Part shown: in pieces, positions 40,002-49,207 of the stretch
Position numbering within the stretch: position 1 is the stretch's first letter
Layout: the number at the start of each line of letters is the position of its first letter
NCBI GenBank assembly: GCA_017853315.1
Contig: JAFMJW010000003.1
Location: 4,537 to 68,536 of the forward strand
Origin: Alphaproteobacteria bacterium
GTDB lineage: Bacteria > Desulfobacterota > Binatia > UBA12015
Direction: 5' to 3'
DNA: 64,000 nt
Translations under genes and position numbers: made by a program
The notes under the pieces: generated by a model
Seen by the model: only the letters and a program-made list of their open reading frames with translations
The model's database searches: none
What the model was told of the DNA's origin: nothing

Positions 40002-41723
40002 ATGATGATTGGGAACGACGATCCGTCGTCTCTGGACGACGATTTTGGCCGGCTTTTCGAGGCGAGCCTCACTTCCGTCAAGCCAGGTGAAGTCGTCAAG
40101 GGACGGGTCGTCCAGGTCGCGAACGGATTCGTCACCGTCGACATCGGGTACAAGTCCGAAGGGCAGGTGCCGATCGGCGAGTTCCGCGACCGCGAGGGCG
40201 TGATCGACGTCAAGCCCGGCGACGAGGTCGACGTCTACTTCGAGGCCACCGAGAGCGACGGCGGCGGCGTGAGCCTCTCGCGCGCGAAGGCCGAGCAGGT
40301 CAAGGTCTGGCGCGACATCGAGATCGCCTACAACGACGGCCAGCCGATCGAAGGGCTGATCGTCGGCAAGGTGAAGGGCGGACTCAAGGTCGACATCGGC
40401 GTCCCGGCGTTCCTTCCCGGCTCCCACGCGGACCTGCGCCCGACCCGAAACCTCGACCGCTTCATCGGCCAGAAGGGCCGCTTCCAGATCCTCAAGTTCA
40501 ACCGCTCGCGCGGCAACGTCGTGGTGTCGCGGCGCGCGGTGCTCGAGCGCGAGCGCTCGGCGCTGAAGGAAGAGACGCTGCGCGTGCTCGAGGAAGGCAT
40601 CATCCTCGAGGGCGTGGTGAAGAACATCACGGACTACGGCGCCTTCGTGGACCTGGGCGGGCTCGACGGCCTGCTGCACATCACCGACATGTCGTGGGGC
40701 CGCATCTCGCACCCCTCCGAAGTCATCGCGGTGGGCGACCAGCTGAAGGTCGTCGTGCTCAAGTACGACCCCGAGCGCGAGCGTGTCTCGCTGGGCATGA
40801 AGCAGATCATGCCCGACCCGTGGACCACGGCGGCCGACCGCTTCCCGGTCGGTACCCGCATCCGCGGCAAGGTCGTGAGCATCACCGACTACGGCGCATT
40901 CGTCGAACTCGAGAAGGGGGTCGAGGGGCTGATCCACGTCTCGGAGATGTCGTGGACCAAGCGGGTCACGCATCCCTCGAAGATCCTCGAGGTCGGTGCC
41001 GAGGTCGAGGTGCAGGTGCTCGACGTGGACCCCGGCAACCGCCGCATCTCGCTCGGGCTGAAGCAGGTCGAGCCGAATCCCTGGGAGATGGTCCGCGTCA
41101 ACCACCCGATCGGCAGCCGCATCACCGGCAAGGTGAAGAGCATCACCGACTTCGGCGTGTTCGTCGGCGTCGAGGACGGGATCGACGGACTGGTCCACAT
41201 CTCGGACCTCCACTGGACCAAGAAGGTCAAGCACCCGTCCGAGATCTACAAGAAGGGCGACGACATCGAGGCCGTGGTTCTGGGCGTCGACGTCGACAAC
41301 GAGCGCATTTCGCTCGGCGTGAAGCAGCTCGCCGGCGATCCGTGGCAGGCTCTGCCCCAGCGCTTCCCGATCGGGACGCGGGTGAAGGGCCCGATCACGA
41401 GCGTGACCGACTTCGGCGTGTTCGTGGAGATCGAGGACGGGATCGAGGGTCTGATCCACGTCTCGCAGATCTCGCACGAGCGGGTCGACAAGCCGAGCCA
41501 GCTGTTCAAGGTCGGCGACGAGGTCGAGGCGGAGGTCACCAACGTCGACCCGCGCGAGAAGAAGATCGGGCTCTCGGTGAAGGCGCTGCAGCGCACCCAG
41601 GAGCGCGAGGAGATGAACGCGTACATGAGCCGCGAGGGACAGTCCGCGCGGTTCTCGCTCGAAGACGTGGTGGGGGCGGATCTGCAGCGGGCGGTGGGCG
41701 ACAAGGCGAAGCCGCAGGGCTGA
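40002..41723 (+). CDS. rpsA: 30S ribosomal protein S1
   Basis: Six S1 repeats (VDIGYKSEG, FLPGS, YGAFVDLGG.DGLLHI, RVSLGMKQ). Confidence 0.97.
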   Translation: MMIGNDDPSSLDDDFGRLFEASLTSVKPGEVVKGRVVQVANGFVTVDIGYKSEGQVPIGEFRDREGVIDVKPGDEVDVYFEATESDGGGVSLSRAKAEQVKVWRDIEIAYNDGQPIEGLIVGKVKGGLKVDIGVPAFLPGSHADLRPTRNLDRFIGQKGRFQILKFNRSRGNVVVSRRAVLERERSALKEETLRVLEEGIILEGVVKNITDYGAFVDLGGLDGLLHITDMSWGRISHPSEVIAVGDQLKVVVLKYDPERERVSLGMKQIMPDPWTTAADRFPVGTRIRGKVVSITDYGAFVELEKGVEGLIHVSEMSWTKRVTHPSKILEVGAEVEVQVLDVDPGNRRISLGLKQVEPNPWEMVRVNHPIGSRITGKVKSITDFGVFVGVEDGIDGLVHISDLHWTKKVKHPSEIYKKGDDIEAVVLGVDVDNERISLGVKQLAGDPWQALPQRFPIGTRVKGPITSVTDFGVFVEIEDGIEGLIHVSQISHERVDKPSQLFKVGDEVEAEVTNVDPREKKIGLSVKALQRTQEREEMNAYMSREGQSARFSLEDVVGADLQRAVGDKAKPQG

Positions 41724-41798
41724 GCCGATGCCTCCCACGGGCGCCCCGGAGCCGTCGCCCCCAGCGGGGCGGACCGCGACGCGGTCCGTCGGCGATCC

Positions 41799-42767
41799 GT
41801 GAGCGCCCCGGTCGCTGGGCCGGTCGCGCGGGCGGCCCGCCTGCTCGGCGGGTTCCTCGGGCTCTTCTTCCTCTCCTCGCTCGCGGTGAGCCTGCTGCAC
41901 GGTCGCACCGGGGGGCGGCTCGGCCTGGGATCGGACCGGGTCGTGGCGGTCGTCCCGGTCGAGGGCGAGATCGCCCGCAGCGACGACTTCGTCGAGACGC
42001 TGCAGGACCTGCGCGACGACGGCGGCGTGGCGGCGGTCGTCCTCCGGGTCAACTCTCCCGGTGGCGGCGTCGCTCCCTCGCAGGAGATGTACGGAGCGAT
42101 CCGCGACCTCGCGGCCACGAAGCCCGTCGTCGCCTCGCTCGGCTCGGTCGCGGCGTCGGGGGGCTACTACGTGGCCGCCGCAGCGGACGAGATCGTTGCG
42201 AGCCCGGGCACGCTCACGGGATCGATCGGCGTCATCATGTCGCTCACCAACGTGAGCGGACTGCTCGAAAAGCTCGGCGTCCAGGCCGACGTGCTGAAGG
42301 CGGGCGCGCGCAAGGACATGGGCTCGCCGTTCCGGGCGCTCTCGACGGAGGACCGCAAGCTCTTCCAGCAGATGCTCGACCAGGTCCACGGCCAGTTCAT
42401 CGAGGCGGTCGCGGCCGGGCGGAAGATGGACGTCGAGACGATGCGCAAGCTCGCCGACGGCCGGGTCTACACCGGCCAGCAGGCGAAGGAGTTGGGGCTG
42501 GTCGACCGGCTCGGCGGGCTCCAGGACGCGGTCCGGATCGCGGCCGGACGGGCCGGGGTCGAGGGCGAGCCGACGGTCGAGACCCGGCGCCCCTCCCGCC
42601 GTCCTTGGTGGCTTCGCGCCGTCGTCGGCCAGGAGTCCGAGACCCCGATCGAGCCGTCCCTGGCAGGCCTGCTCGGCCGGCTGGCCCGGTCCGGGGGGGA
42701 CGCGGGTACGGGGGCGGGCGACCTTCTCTGGCTTGCGCCGCTTGCAACGGACGGGCTTCGCTGGTGA
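41799..42767 (+). CDS. sppA: Signal peptide peptidase SppA (short type)
   Basis: RVNSPGG, AASGGYY, TGSIGV, KDMGSPFR, ADGRVYTG..GLVD. Confidence 0.92.
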   Translation: MSAPVAGPVARAARLLGGFLGLFFLSSLAVSLLHGRTGGRLGLGSDRVVAVVPVEGEIARSDDFVETLQDLRDDGGVAAVVLRVNSPGGGVAPSQEMYGAIRDLAATKPVVASLGSVAASGGYYVAAAADEIVASPGTLTGSIGVIMSLTNVSGLLEKLGVQADVLKAGARKDMGSPFRALSTEDRKLFQQMLDQVHGQFIEAVAAGRKMDVETMRKLADGRVYTGQQAKELGLVDRLGGLQDAVRIAAGRAGVEGEPTVETRRPSRRPWWLRAVVGQESETPIEPSLAGLLGRLARSGGDAGTGAGDLLWLAPLATDGLRW

Positions 42768-42792
42768 AGGATCGGTTCCGGAGACCCGAGCG

Positions 42793-43227
42793 ATGACCAA
42801 GCGAGAGCTCATCGAGGAAGTCGTCCACGCCCGCACCGATCTTCCGCGGCGCGAGGTGGAGGCGCTCGTGAACGGCGTGTTCGACACGCTGTCGGACGCG
42901 CTCGCGCGCGGCGAGCGCATCGAGATCCGCGGCTTCGGCAGTTTCATCGTGAAGCGGCGCAACGCGCGCGAGGGGCTGAACCCGAAGACCGGCCAGGTCG
43001 TCGCGGTGCACGCGAAGCGCGTCGCCTTCTTCAAGGCCGGCAAGGAGCTCAAGCAGCGAGTCGACTCGCGGCCGGTCGACGGCGTCGCAGTCGACGGCGT
43101 CGCGGTCGAGGCGACGCGCAAGGCGGAGCCCGCGCGCACGCGCACGCCGTCGCGCAAGCCCGCGTCGGCGACGCCCGAGGTCGCGCGCGCGTCCTACGGA
43201 ATGGCGGCCGCCGGGGGCGAAGAGTAG
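42793..43227 (+). CDS. ihfB: Integration host factor beta with C-terminal extension
   Basis: MTKRELIE..RIEIRGFGSF..NPKTG..FKAGKELKQRVD; canonical position after rpsA-sppA. Confidence 0.88.
   Translation: MTKRELIEEVVHARTDLPRREVEALVNGVFDTLSDALARGERIEIRGFGSFIVKRRNAREGLNPKTGQVVAVHAKRVAFFKAGKELKQRVDSRPVDGVAVDGVAVEATRKAEPARTRTPSRKPASATPEVARASYGMAAAGGEE
43075..43104 (+). repeat. 15-bp tandem duplication (VDGVA x2) in the ihfB tail
   Basis: gtcgacggcgtcgca gtcgacggcgtcgcg. Confidence 0.8.
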
Positions 43228-43306
43228 CCGGGGCCGCGCCGCGCCGATCGGCCGCGACGGCGGTCCCTCGGCCCGCGCCGCCGCCGATGGAGCGGGAAGC
43301 GCCGTG

Positions 43307-44707
43307 ATGGGTGCCGCGACGACGCTAGGAGGGCTCCGCGCCGCCGGCGTCCGGACCCGCCGGGTCCGCGACGAACTCCGTCGCAACCTGCTCGACCGGC
43401 TGTCGCGGGGCGAGCGCATCCTTCCCGGGATCGTCGGCTACGACGACACGGTCGTGCCCGACGTCGAGAACGCGATCCTCGCCGGGCACCACATGGTGCT
43501 GCTCGGGGAGCGCGGGCAGGCGAAGTCGCGCATCATCCGCGGGCTCGTCGAGCTGCTGGACGAGGAGGTGCCGGCGGTCGCGGGCTGCGAGATCCACTGC
43601 GACCCCTACGCGCCGATCTGCGCGCCCTGCCGAGCGCGGGCCGCGGAACTCGGCGAGGAGCTCCCGGTCGCCTGGCTGAGGCGGGAGGACCGCTACGGCG
43701 AGAAACTCGCGACGCCGGACGTCTCGATTGCCGACCTGATCGGCGAGATCGACCCGATCAAGGTGGCCGAGGGGCGCTACCTCGCCGACGAGACGACCAT
43801 CCACTACGGTCTCGTGCCCCGGACGAACCGCGGCATCTTCGCCATCAACGAGCTGCCCGACCTGATGGAGAAGATCCAGGTCGGACTGTTCAACCTGATG
43901 GAGGAGCGCGACGTCCAGGTGAAGGGGTTCAAGATCCGGCTGCCCCTCGACGTCGTCATCGTCGCGAGCGCGAACCCCGAGGACTACACGAGCCGCGGTC
44001 GCATCGTCACGCCGCTGAAGGACCGCTTCGACGTCCAGATCCGCACCCACTACCCGCGGTCGGTCGAGGAGGAGATCGCGATCCTCGAGCAGGAGGTCCC
44101 GCTCGGCGAACGCGACGGGCGCGAGGTGCGCCTGCCGGGCTTCATGCGGGAGATCGTCGCGCAGCTCACGTTCGAGGCGCGGCGCTCCCCGGAGGTGAAC
44201 CAGTCGTCGGGCGTGAGCGTCCGCATGACGATCAACAACCTGGAGACGCTGGTCGCGAACGCGGAGCGGCGGGCCGCCCGGCTGGGCGAGCCCGAGATCG
44301 TCCCGCGGCCCTGCGACCTGCACGCGCTCTCCGCGTCGATGGCCGGCAAGCTCGAGATGGAGGTCGGCGGCGACGACCGCGTCGACGAGAACGCGGCCCT
44401 CGAGCGGTTGGTGAGCCGGGCCGTGCTCGCCGTGTTCGACCGCGCCACCTCGGTCGAGCGCCTGCGCCGCGTGGCCGAGTGGTTCGAGGGCGGCGGCGGC
44501 GTCGAGATCTCCGACGCCATGCGCGCCGAGGAATACCTCGAGGGTGTGCGGGGCATCCCCGGGCTCCGCGAGGCGATCGCGGAGATCGGGCCCTTCGAGT
44601 CGCCCGCGCTCGTGGCCGCGGCGACGGAGTTCCTGCTCGAGGGCCTCCACCTCCACCAGAAGCTCAACAAGGATCTCGAAGGCGGGCGCGCGACCTACCG
44701 CGCCTGA
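43307..44707 (+). CDS. AAA+ ATPase, magnesium-chelatase-like family
   Basis: Walker A-like GERGQAKS, EKLATPD, FAINELPDL, SANPEDYT.RGRI.TPLKDRF. Confidence 0.85.
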   Translation: MGAATTLGGLRAAGVRTRRVRDELRRNLLDRLSRGERILPGIVGYDDTVVPDVENAILAGHHMVLLGERGQAKSRIIRGLVELLDEEVPAVAGCEIHCDPYAPICAPCRARAAELGEELPVAWLRREDRYGEKLATPDVSIADLIGEIDPIKVAEGRYLADETTIHYGLVPRTNRGIFAINELPDLMEKIQVGLFNLMEERDVQVKGFKIRLPLDVVIVASANPEDYTSRGRIVTPLKDRFDVQIRTHYPRSVEEEIAILEQEVPLGERDGREVRLPGFMREIVAQLTFEARRSPEVNQSSGVSVRMTINNLETLVANAERRAARLGEPEIVPRPCDLHALSASMAGKLEMEVGGDDRVDENAALERLVSRAVLAVFDRATSVERLRRVAEWFEGGGGVEISDAMRAEEYLEGVRGIPGLREAIAEIGPFESPALVAAATEFLLEGLHLHQKLNKDLEGGRATYRA

Positions 44708-44734
44708 GCCCGCGAAGGCACCGGGACCGTCGAC

Positions 44735-46339
44735 GTGGTCCGGATCCGCTACACCGCCTGGGACGGGACGCAGACGGTCCGGCTCGACCCGGACCGCGTC
44801 TTCGACGCGCTCGCCGACCTGCTCTCGCGCACGGACGACCTCCGCCAGGCCCTCGACTGGCTGCTGCGCGAGGGCCTCGACATGGACGGCGTCCGCGTCA
44901 TGGGCCTCGACGAGGCGCTCGAGCGACTCCGCGAAGCGATCCGCTCGCGCGAGCGCGACCTGAATCTCGACCACGCGCTCGACGAGCCGCGGAAGAGGCT
45001 CGACGAGATCCTCGCGCGCGAGCGGGAGACGCTCGACGAGGGCATCGAGGGGGACGCCGACGGCACGCTCGCGCGGGAGAAGAAGGCGCTCCTCGACGAC
45101 CTCCCGGCCGACCTCGCCGGCGCGATGGAGCGGCTGGCGCGCGACTACCGCTTCGAGGACGAAGAGGCCGAGCGGGCCTTCCGTGAGCTGATGGAAAGCC
45201 TCGACGACGTGCGCTCGGTCGAGGACTTCCGGCGCGCGGAAGGCGACCGCTTCCGCGGTCCGCGCGACCTCGACTTCCGCGAGGCCGCCGACCTCGTGCG
45301 GGAGATCGCGGCGCTGCGCGACCTCGAGCGACGCCTCGCGAGCGGCGACCTGCCGGGCCTCGACATGGACGTCGTCCGGCGGATGCTGGGCGAGGACGTC
45401 GCCCGCGACCTCGAACGACTCGGGCAGGTGATGCTGCTCCTGCAGGGGGCCGGCTACCTCCGCGAGCGCGAGGGGCGGGTCGAGCTTTCGGCCCGGGGAG
45501 TCCGGCGGATCGGCGCGCTCGCCCTGCGCGACATCTACGACGCGCTGGTCCGCGACCGGCCGGGAGGCCACCCGAGCGGAGCCCGCGGCCCCGGCGAGCC
45601 GCGGCACGACCGGACCCGCCGCTGGGAACAGGGGGATGCGCTCGACGTGGCGCTCGTCCCGACCCTCCTGAAAGCGCTCACCCGCTGGGGTGGCACCCCG
45701 GTCTCCATCGAGCCCCGGGACTTCGAGGTCCGTGAGACCGACCAGGCCGCGACGACCTCGACGGTCCTGCTGCTCGACATGAGCTGGTCGATGAGCTGGG
45801 AGGGTCGATTCGCGGCGGCGAAGAAGGTCGCGCTCGCGCTCGAGAGCCTCGTGCGCACCCGCTTCCCGCGCGATTACTTCGGGATCGTCGGCTTCTACAC
45901 GCGCGCCGTCGAGCTCCGTGCGCGCGACCTGCCGGAGGCGACCTGGAACGTCGGCGACCCGTTCACCAACCTGCAGGACGGTCTCCGGTTGGCCGGGCGG
46001 ATGCTCGCGAAGCACCCGAGCCGCAACCAGCACGTGATCGTCGTCACCGACGGGCAGCCGACCGCGTACTTCCACCGCGGGCGGCTGCACTGCGAGTGGC
46101 CGCTCTCCTACGGCGGGGTCTCGCTGCGCGCGTCGGCCGAGACCCTGCGCGAGGTCGAGCGGGTCACGCGTCGTGGCATCACGATCAACACGTTCATGCT
46201 CGACGACTCGCCCGGCCTGCGGGCCTTCGTCGAGCGCATGACGCGCATCAATCGCGGCCGCGCCCTCTACAGCCGCCCGGACCGGCTCGGCGAGTACCTC
46301 CTGGTCGACTACCTCGGTCGCAAGCGCAAGCGGATCTGA
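44735..46339 (+). CDS. VWA domain-containing protein (partner of the upstream ATPase)
   Basis: RYTAWDGTQ N-terminus, MIDAS DMSWSM, TNLQDGL, VTDGQPT. Confidence 0.87.
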   Translation: MVRIRYTAWDGTQTVRLDPDRVFDALADLLSRTDDLRQALDWLLREGLDMDGVRVMGLDEALERLREAIRSRERDLNLDHALDEPRKRLDEILARERETLDEGIEGDADGTLAREKKALLDDLPADLAGAMERLARDYRFEDEEAERAFRELMESLDDVRSVEDFRRAEGDRFRGPRDLDFREAADLVREIAALRDLERRLASGDLPGLDMDVVRRMLGEDVARDLERLGQVMLLLQGAGYLREREGRVELSARGVRRIGALALRDIYDALVRDRPGGHPSGARGPGEPRHDRTRRWEQGDALDVALVPTLLKALTRWGGTPVSIEPRDFEVRETDQAATTSTVLLLDMSWSMSWEGRFAAAKKVALALESLVRTRFPRDYFGIVGFYTRAVELRARDLPEATWNVGDPFTNLQDGLRLAGRMLAKHPSRNQHVIVVTDGQPTAYFHRGRLHCEWPLSYGGVSLRASAETLREVERVTRRGITINTFMLDDSPGLRAFVERMTRINRGRALYSRPDRLGEYLLVDYLGRKRKRI

Positions 46340-46501
46340 ACGAGCCGTCGCGCCCGGCGCTTCGGGGGGGGAGCGCTCGCACGCGTCACGTCGGCGCGCC
46401 GTCGCGGCCGTCGCGAGGCTCTCGCCGGGGGAGGTTTGCGGACCTCGGCCGGGGCGTGCAAGAGAGGTGACGCGGTGTTCCGCGACGGGCGGCGCACCGC
46501 G

Positions 46502-46535
46502 GGCGAATGCGGGGCGATTCGTTCCCGCATTCGCC
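46502..46535. repeat. Perfect 12-bp inverted repeat upstream of mutS
   Basis: GGCGAATGCGGG-N10-CCCGCATTCGCC. Confidence 0.85.
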
Positions 46536-46588
46536 GGGAGCGCGGGCGGGTGGGGCGCCGCGCAACGGTCGGGAAGGCGGGGGCGAGG

Positions 46589-49207
46589 TTGACCGCAGCG
46601 TCGCAGTCGGAGCAGGGGCGGAGACCGGCCAAGCTCACGCCGATGCTCGTCCAGTACCTCGACGTGAAGCGTCGGGCGGGCGATGCCGTCCTGTTTTTCC
46701 GGCTCGGCGACTTCTACGAGATGTTCTTCGAGGACGCCGAGCGCGTGGCACCGCTCCTCGACCTGACGCTCACCTCCCGCAACAAGGACGATCCGAACCC
46801 GATCCCGATGTGCGGGGTGCCGGTCCACGCGGCGCAGGGATACGTGAGCCGGCTGGTGCAGCTCGGCGTGAAGGTCGCGATCTGCGACCAGATCGGGGAC
46901 CCTGCGACGCAGCCCGGCCTGGTCGAGCGGGGGCTCACCCGCATCATCACCGCCGGCACGGTGCTCGACGAGGACGAGGGCCTCTCGGGCGGGCAGCCGG
47001 GCTACCTGGTTGCCGTCGGTCCCGGGCGCGGCGACGGCACGATCCCCATCGCGACGGTGGACGTCTCGACGGGCGAGGTGCGGTGCTGCCGCGCGCCGGA
47101 CTTCGCGCGCGCGCGCGAGGAGATCGGCCGGCTCGCGCCACGCGAGGTGCTGCTCGAGCCGGGCGACGATGCCCTCGCCGCGGCGGCCACGGAGGCCGGC
47201 TCCGTGGTGACGCGCCCCTCGGCCGTGGGCTCGACTCCCTCGGAGGCGGGGGACCCGCTCCTCGAGGGGCTCGACGAGGATCTCTCCGCCTCGCTGGGCC
47301 GGGCGCTCGCCTATCTCCGCGACACGGTGCGCGGGGGACTCGGTCACCTCCGGCGGCCCGTGGTCTACGAGGTGAGCCGGCATCTCGCGATCGACGACCG
47401 CACCCGGCGCAACCTGGGCGTCCTCGAGGGGCCGCGCGGCGGGCGCCACGGCTCGCTCTGGTGGGCGCTCGACGACACGCGCACGGCGATGGGGTCGCGC
47501 GTGCTCCGCGACTGGCTCGTCGCGCCTTCGGTCGAGCTTCCCGTCGTCCTGGCGCGGCAGGACGCGATCGCGGCGCTGGTCGATGCCCCGGGCTGGCGCA
47601 CCGATCTGGCCGACGCGATCGCACCGGTCGGCGACCTCGAGCGACTCGTGGGCCGGCTCGCGGTGGGACGCGGTGGCCCGCGCGAGGTGGCCCGGCTCGG
47701 CCGCGCGCTGGCGGCCGCCGCCGCGGTGGCGGCCCTGCTGCCGGCGGGCGGCCTCCCCGCGCCGCTGGGCGAGATCCGCGCCACGGTCGACCCGCCGCCC
47801 GGGCTCGCCGAGCGGATCGCGTCGACGCTCGCCGACGAGCTCCCGCTGCAGGCGAGCGAGGGCGGGCTCGTGCGCAGCGGGGCCGACGCGGAGGTCGACC
47901 GCCTGCGGGCGTTGCGCGGGGACGCGCAGGCCCTGCTCGCGGCCCTCGAGGCGCGCGAGCGGGAGGCGACCGGCATCGGGTCGCTGCGCATCCGCTACCA
48001 GCGGGTCTTCGGCTACTTCTTCGAGGTCACGAAGGCGAACCTGAAGCTCGTCCCGCCGCACTTCACGCGTCGCCAGACGCTCGCCTCGGCCGAGCGCTTC
48101 ACGACCCCGGAACTGCTGGAGCTCGAGCGCGAGCTCGCCGGGGCCGAGGATCTCTGTCGCCGCCGCGAGGCGGCGATCTTCGCGGCGCTGCTCTCCGAGG
48201 TGGTCGGCGAGCAGGCGCGGCTCGCGACGCTCGCGCACGCGATGGCGGAGCTCGATGCGCTGGTCGGACTCGCGTCGGTCGCCCACGAACGCGGCTACGT
48301 CCGGCCGGAGGTCCACCGCGGCCGGCGCCTCGAGATCCGCGACGGCCGCCACCCGGTCGTCGAGCGCACGTCCGCGGCCGGGAAGTTCGTGCCCAACGAC
48401 ACGGTGCTCGACGACGACCGCGAGCAGATCGTCGTGCTGACCGGGCCGAACATGGCGGGCAAGAGCACCTACCTGCGACAGGTCGCGCTGGTCGTGCTGC
48501 TCGCGCACGCGGGCAGCTTCGTCCCGGCCGGCTCCGCGAGCGTCCCGCTCACCGACCGCATCTGGACCCGCGTCGGCGCCGCGGACGACCTCGTGGCCGG
48601 CGACTCGACCTTCATGGTCGAGATGAAGGAGACGGCCGCGATCCTCGCCGACCTGACGCCGCGCACGCTGGTCGTGCTCGACGAGATCGGCCGAGGCACG
48701 AGCACCTACGACGGGATCGCGATCGCGTGGGCGGTCGCGGAGCATCTCCACGACCTGGAGCCGGTGCCCGGCTCGCGGGTGAAGACGCTGTTCGCGACGC
48801 ACTTCCACGAACTGACGGCGCTTGCCGACCACCTGCCGCGGGTCCGCAACCAGTCCGTCGCGGTGCGGGAGTGGCGCGACGACGTGCTGTTCCTCCGCAA
48901 GGTGGTGGCGGGGCCGGCGAGCCGGAGCTTCGGCGTCTCGGTGGCGCGACTCGCCGGCGTGCCGGACGCGGTGGTCGCGCGTGCACGCGCGCTCCTGCAG
49001 GGCCTCGAGGCGGGCTCGCCGCTCGCCGGCGGGCCGCCGGTCCATCCGCGCCGGGCGGCGGCGCCGACGAATCAGCTCGACCTGTTCGCCGCGGGGCCGA
49101 GCGGGCTCGAGGCGGAGGTCGCGTCGATCGACGTCGACCGGATGACGCCGATCGAGGCGCTCGCGCGCCTCCACGAACTCGTCGAGCGGGCCAAGGGCGG
49201 CCGATGA
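46589..49207 (+). CDS. mutS: DNA mismatch repair protein MutS (start uncertain; TTG 46589 chosen)
   Basis: TPMLVQY, FRLGDFYEMF, PMCGVP, TGPNMAGKSTYLRQ, STFMVEM, DEIGRGT, ATHFHEL. Confidence 0.97.
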   Translation: MTAASQSEQGRRPAKLTPMLVQYLDVKRRAGDAVLFFRLGDFYEMFFEDAERVAPLLDLTLTSRNKDDPNPIPMCGVPVHAAQGYVSRLVQLGVKVAICDQIGDPATQPGLVERGLTRIITAGTVLDEDEGLSGGQPGYLVAVGPGRGDGTIPIATVDVSTGEVRCCRAPDFARAREEIGRLAPREVLLEPGDDALAAAATEAGSVVTRPSAVGSTPSEAGDPLLEGLDEDLSASLGRALAYLRDTVRGGLGHLRRPVVYEVSRHLAIDDRTRRNLGVLEGPRGGRHGSLWWALDDTRTAMGSRVLRDWLVAPSVELPVVLARQDAIAALVDAPGWRTDLADAIAPVGDLERLVGRLAVGRGGPREVARLGRALAAAAAVAALLPAGGLPAPLGEIRATVDPPPGLAERIASTLADELPLQASEGGLVRSGADAEVDRLRALRGDAQALLAALEAREREATGIGSLRIRYQRVFGYFFEVTKANLKLVPPHFTRRQTLASAERFTTPELLELERELAGAEDLCRRREAAIFAALLSEVVGEQARLATLAHAMAELDALVGLASVAHERGYVRPEVHRGRRLEIRDGRHPVVERTSAAGKFVPNDTVLDDDREQIVVLTGPNMAGKSTYLRQVALVVLLAHAGSFVPAGSASVPLTDRIWTRVGAADDLVAGDSTFMVEMKETAAILADLTPRTLVVLDEIGRGTSTYDGIAIAWAVAEHLHDLEPVPGSRVKTLFATHFHELTALADHLPRVRNQSVAVREWRDDVLFLRKVVAGPASRSFGVSVARLAGVPDAVVARARALLQGLEAGSPLAGGPPVHPRRAAAPTNQLDLFAAGPSGLEAEVASIDVDRMTPIEALARLHELVERAKGGR

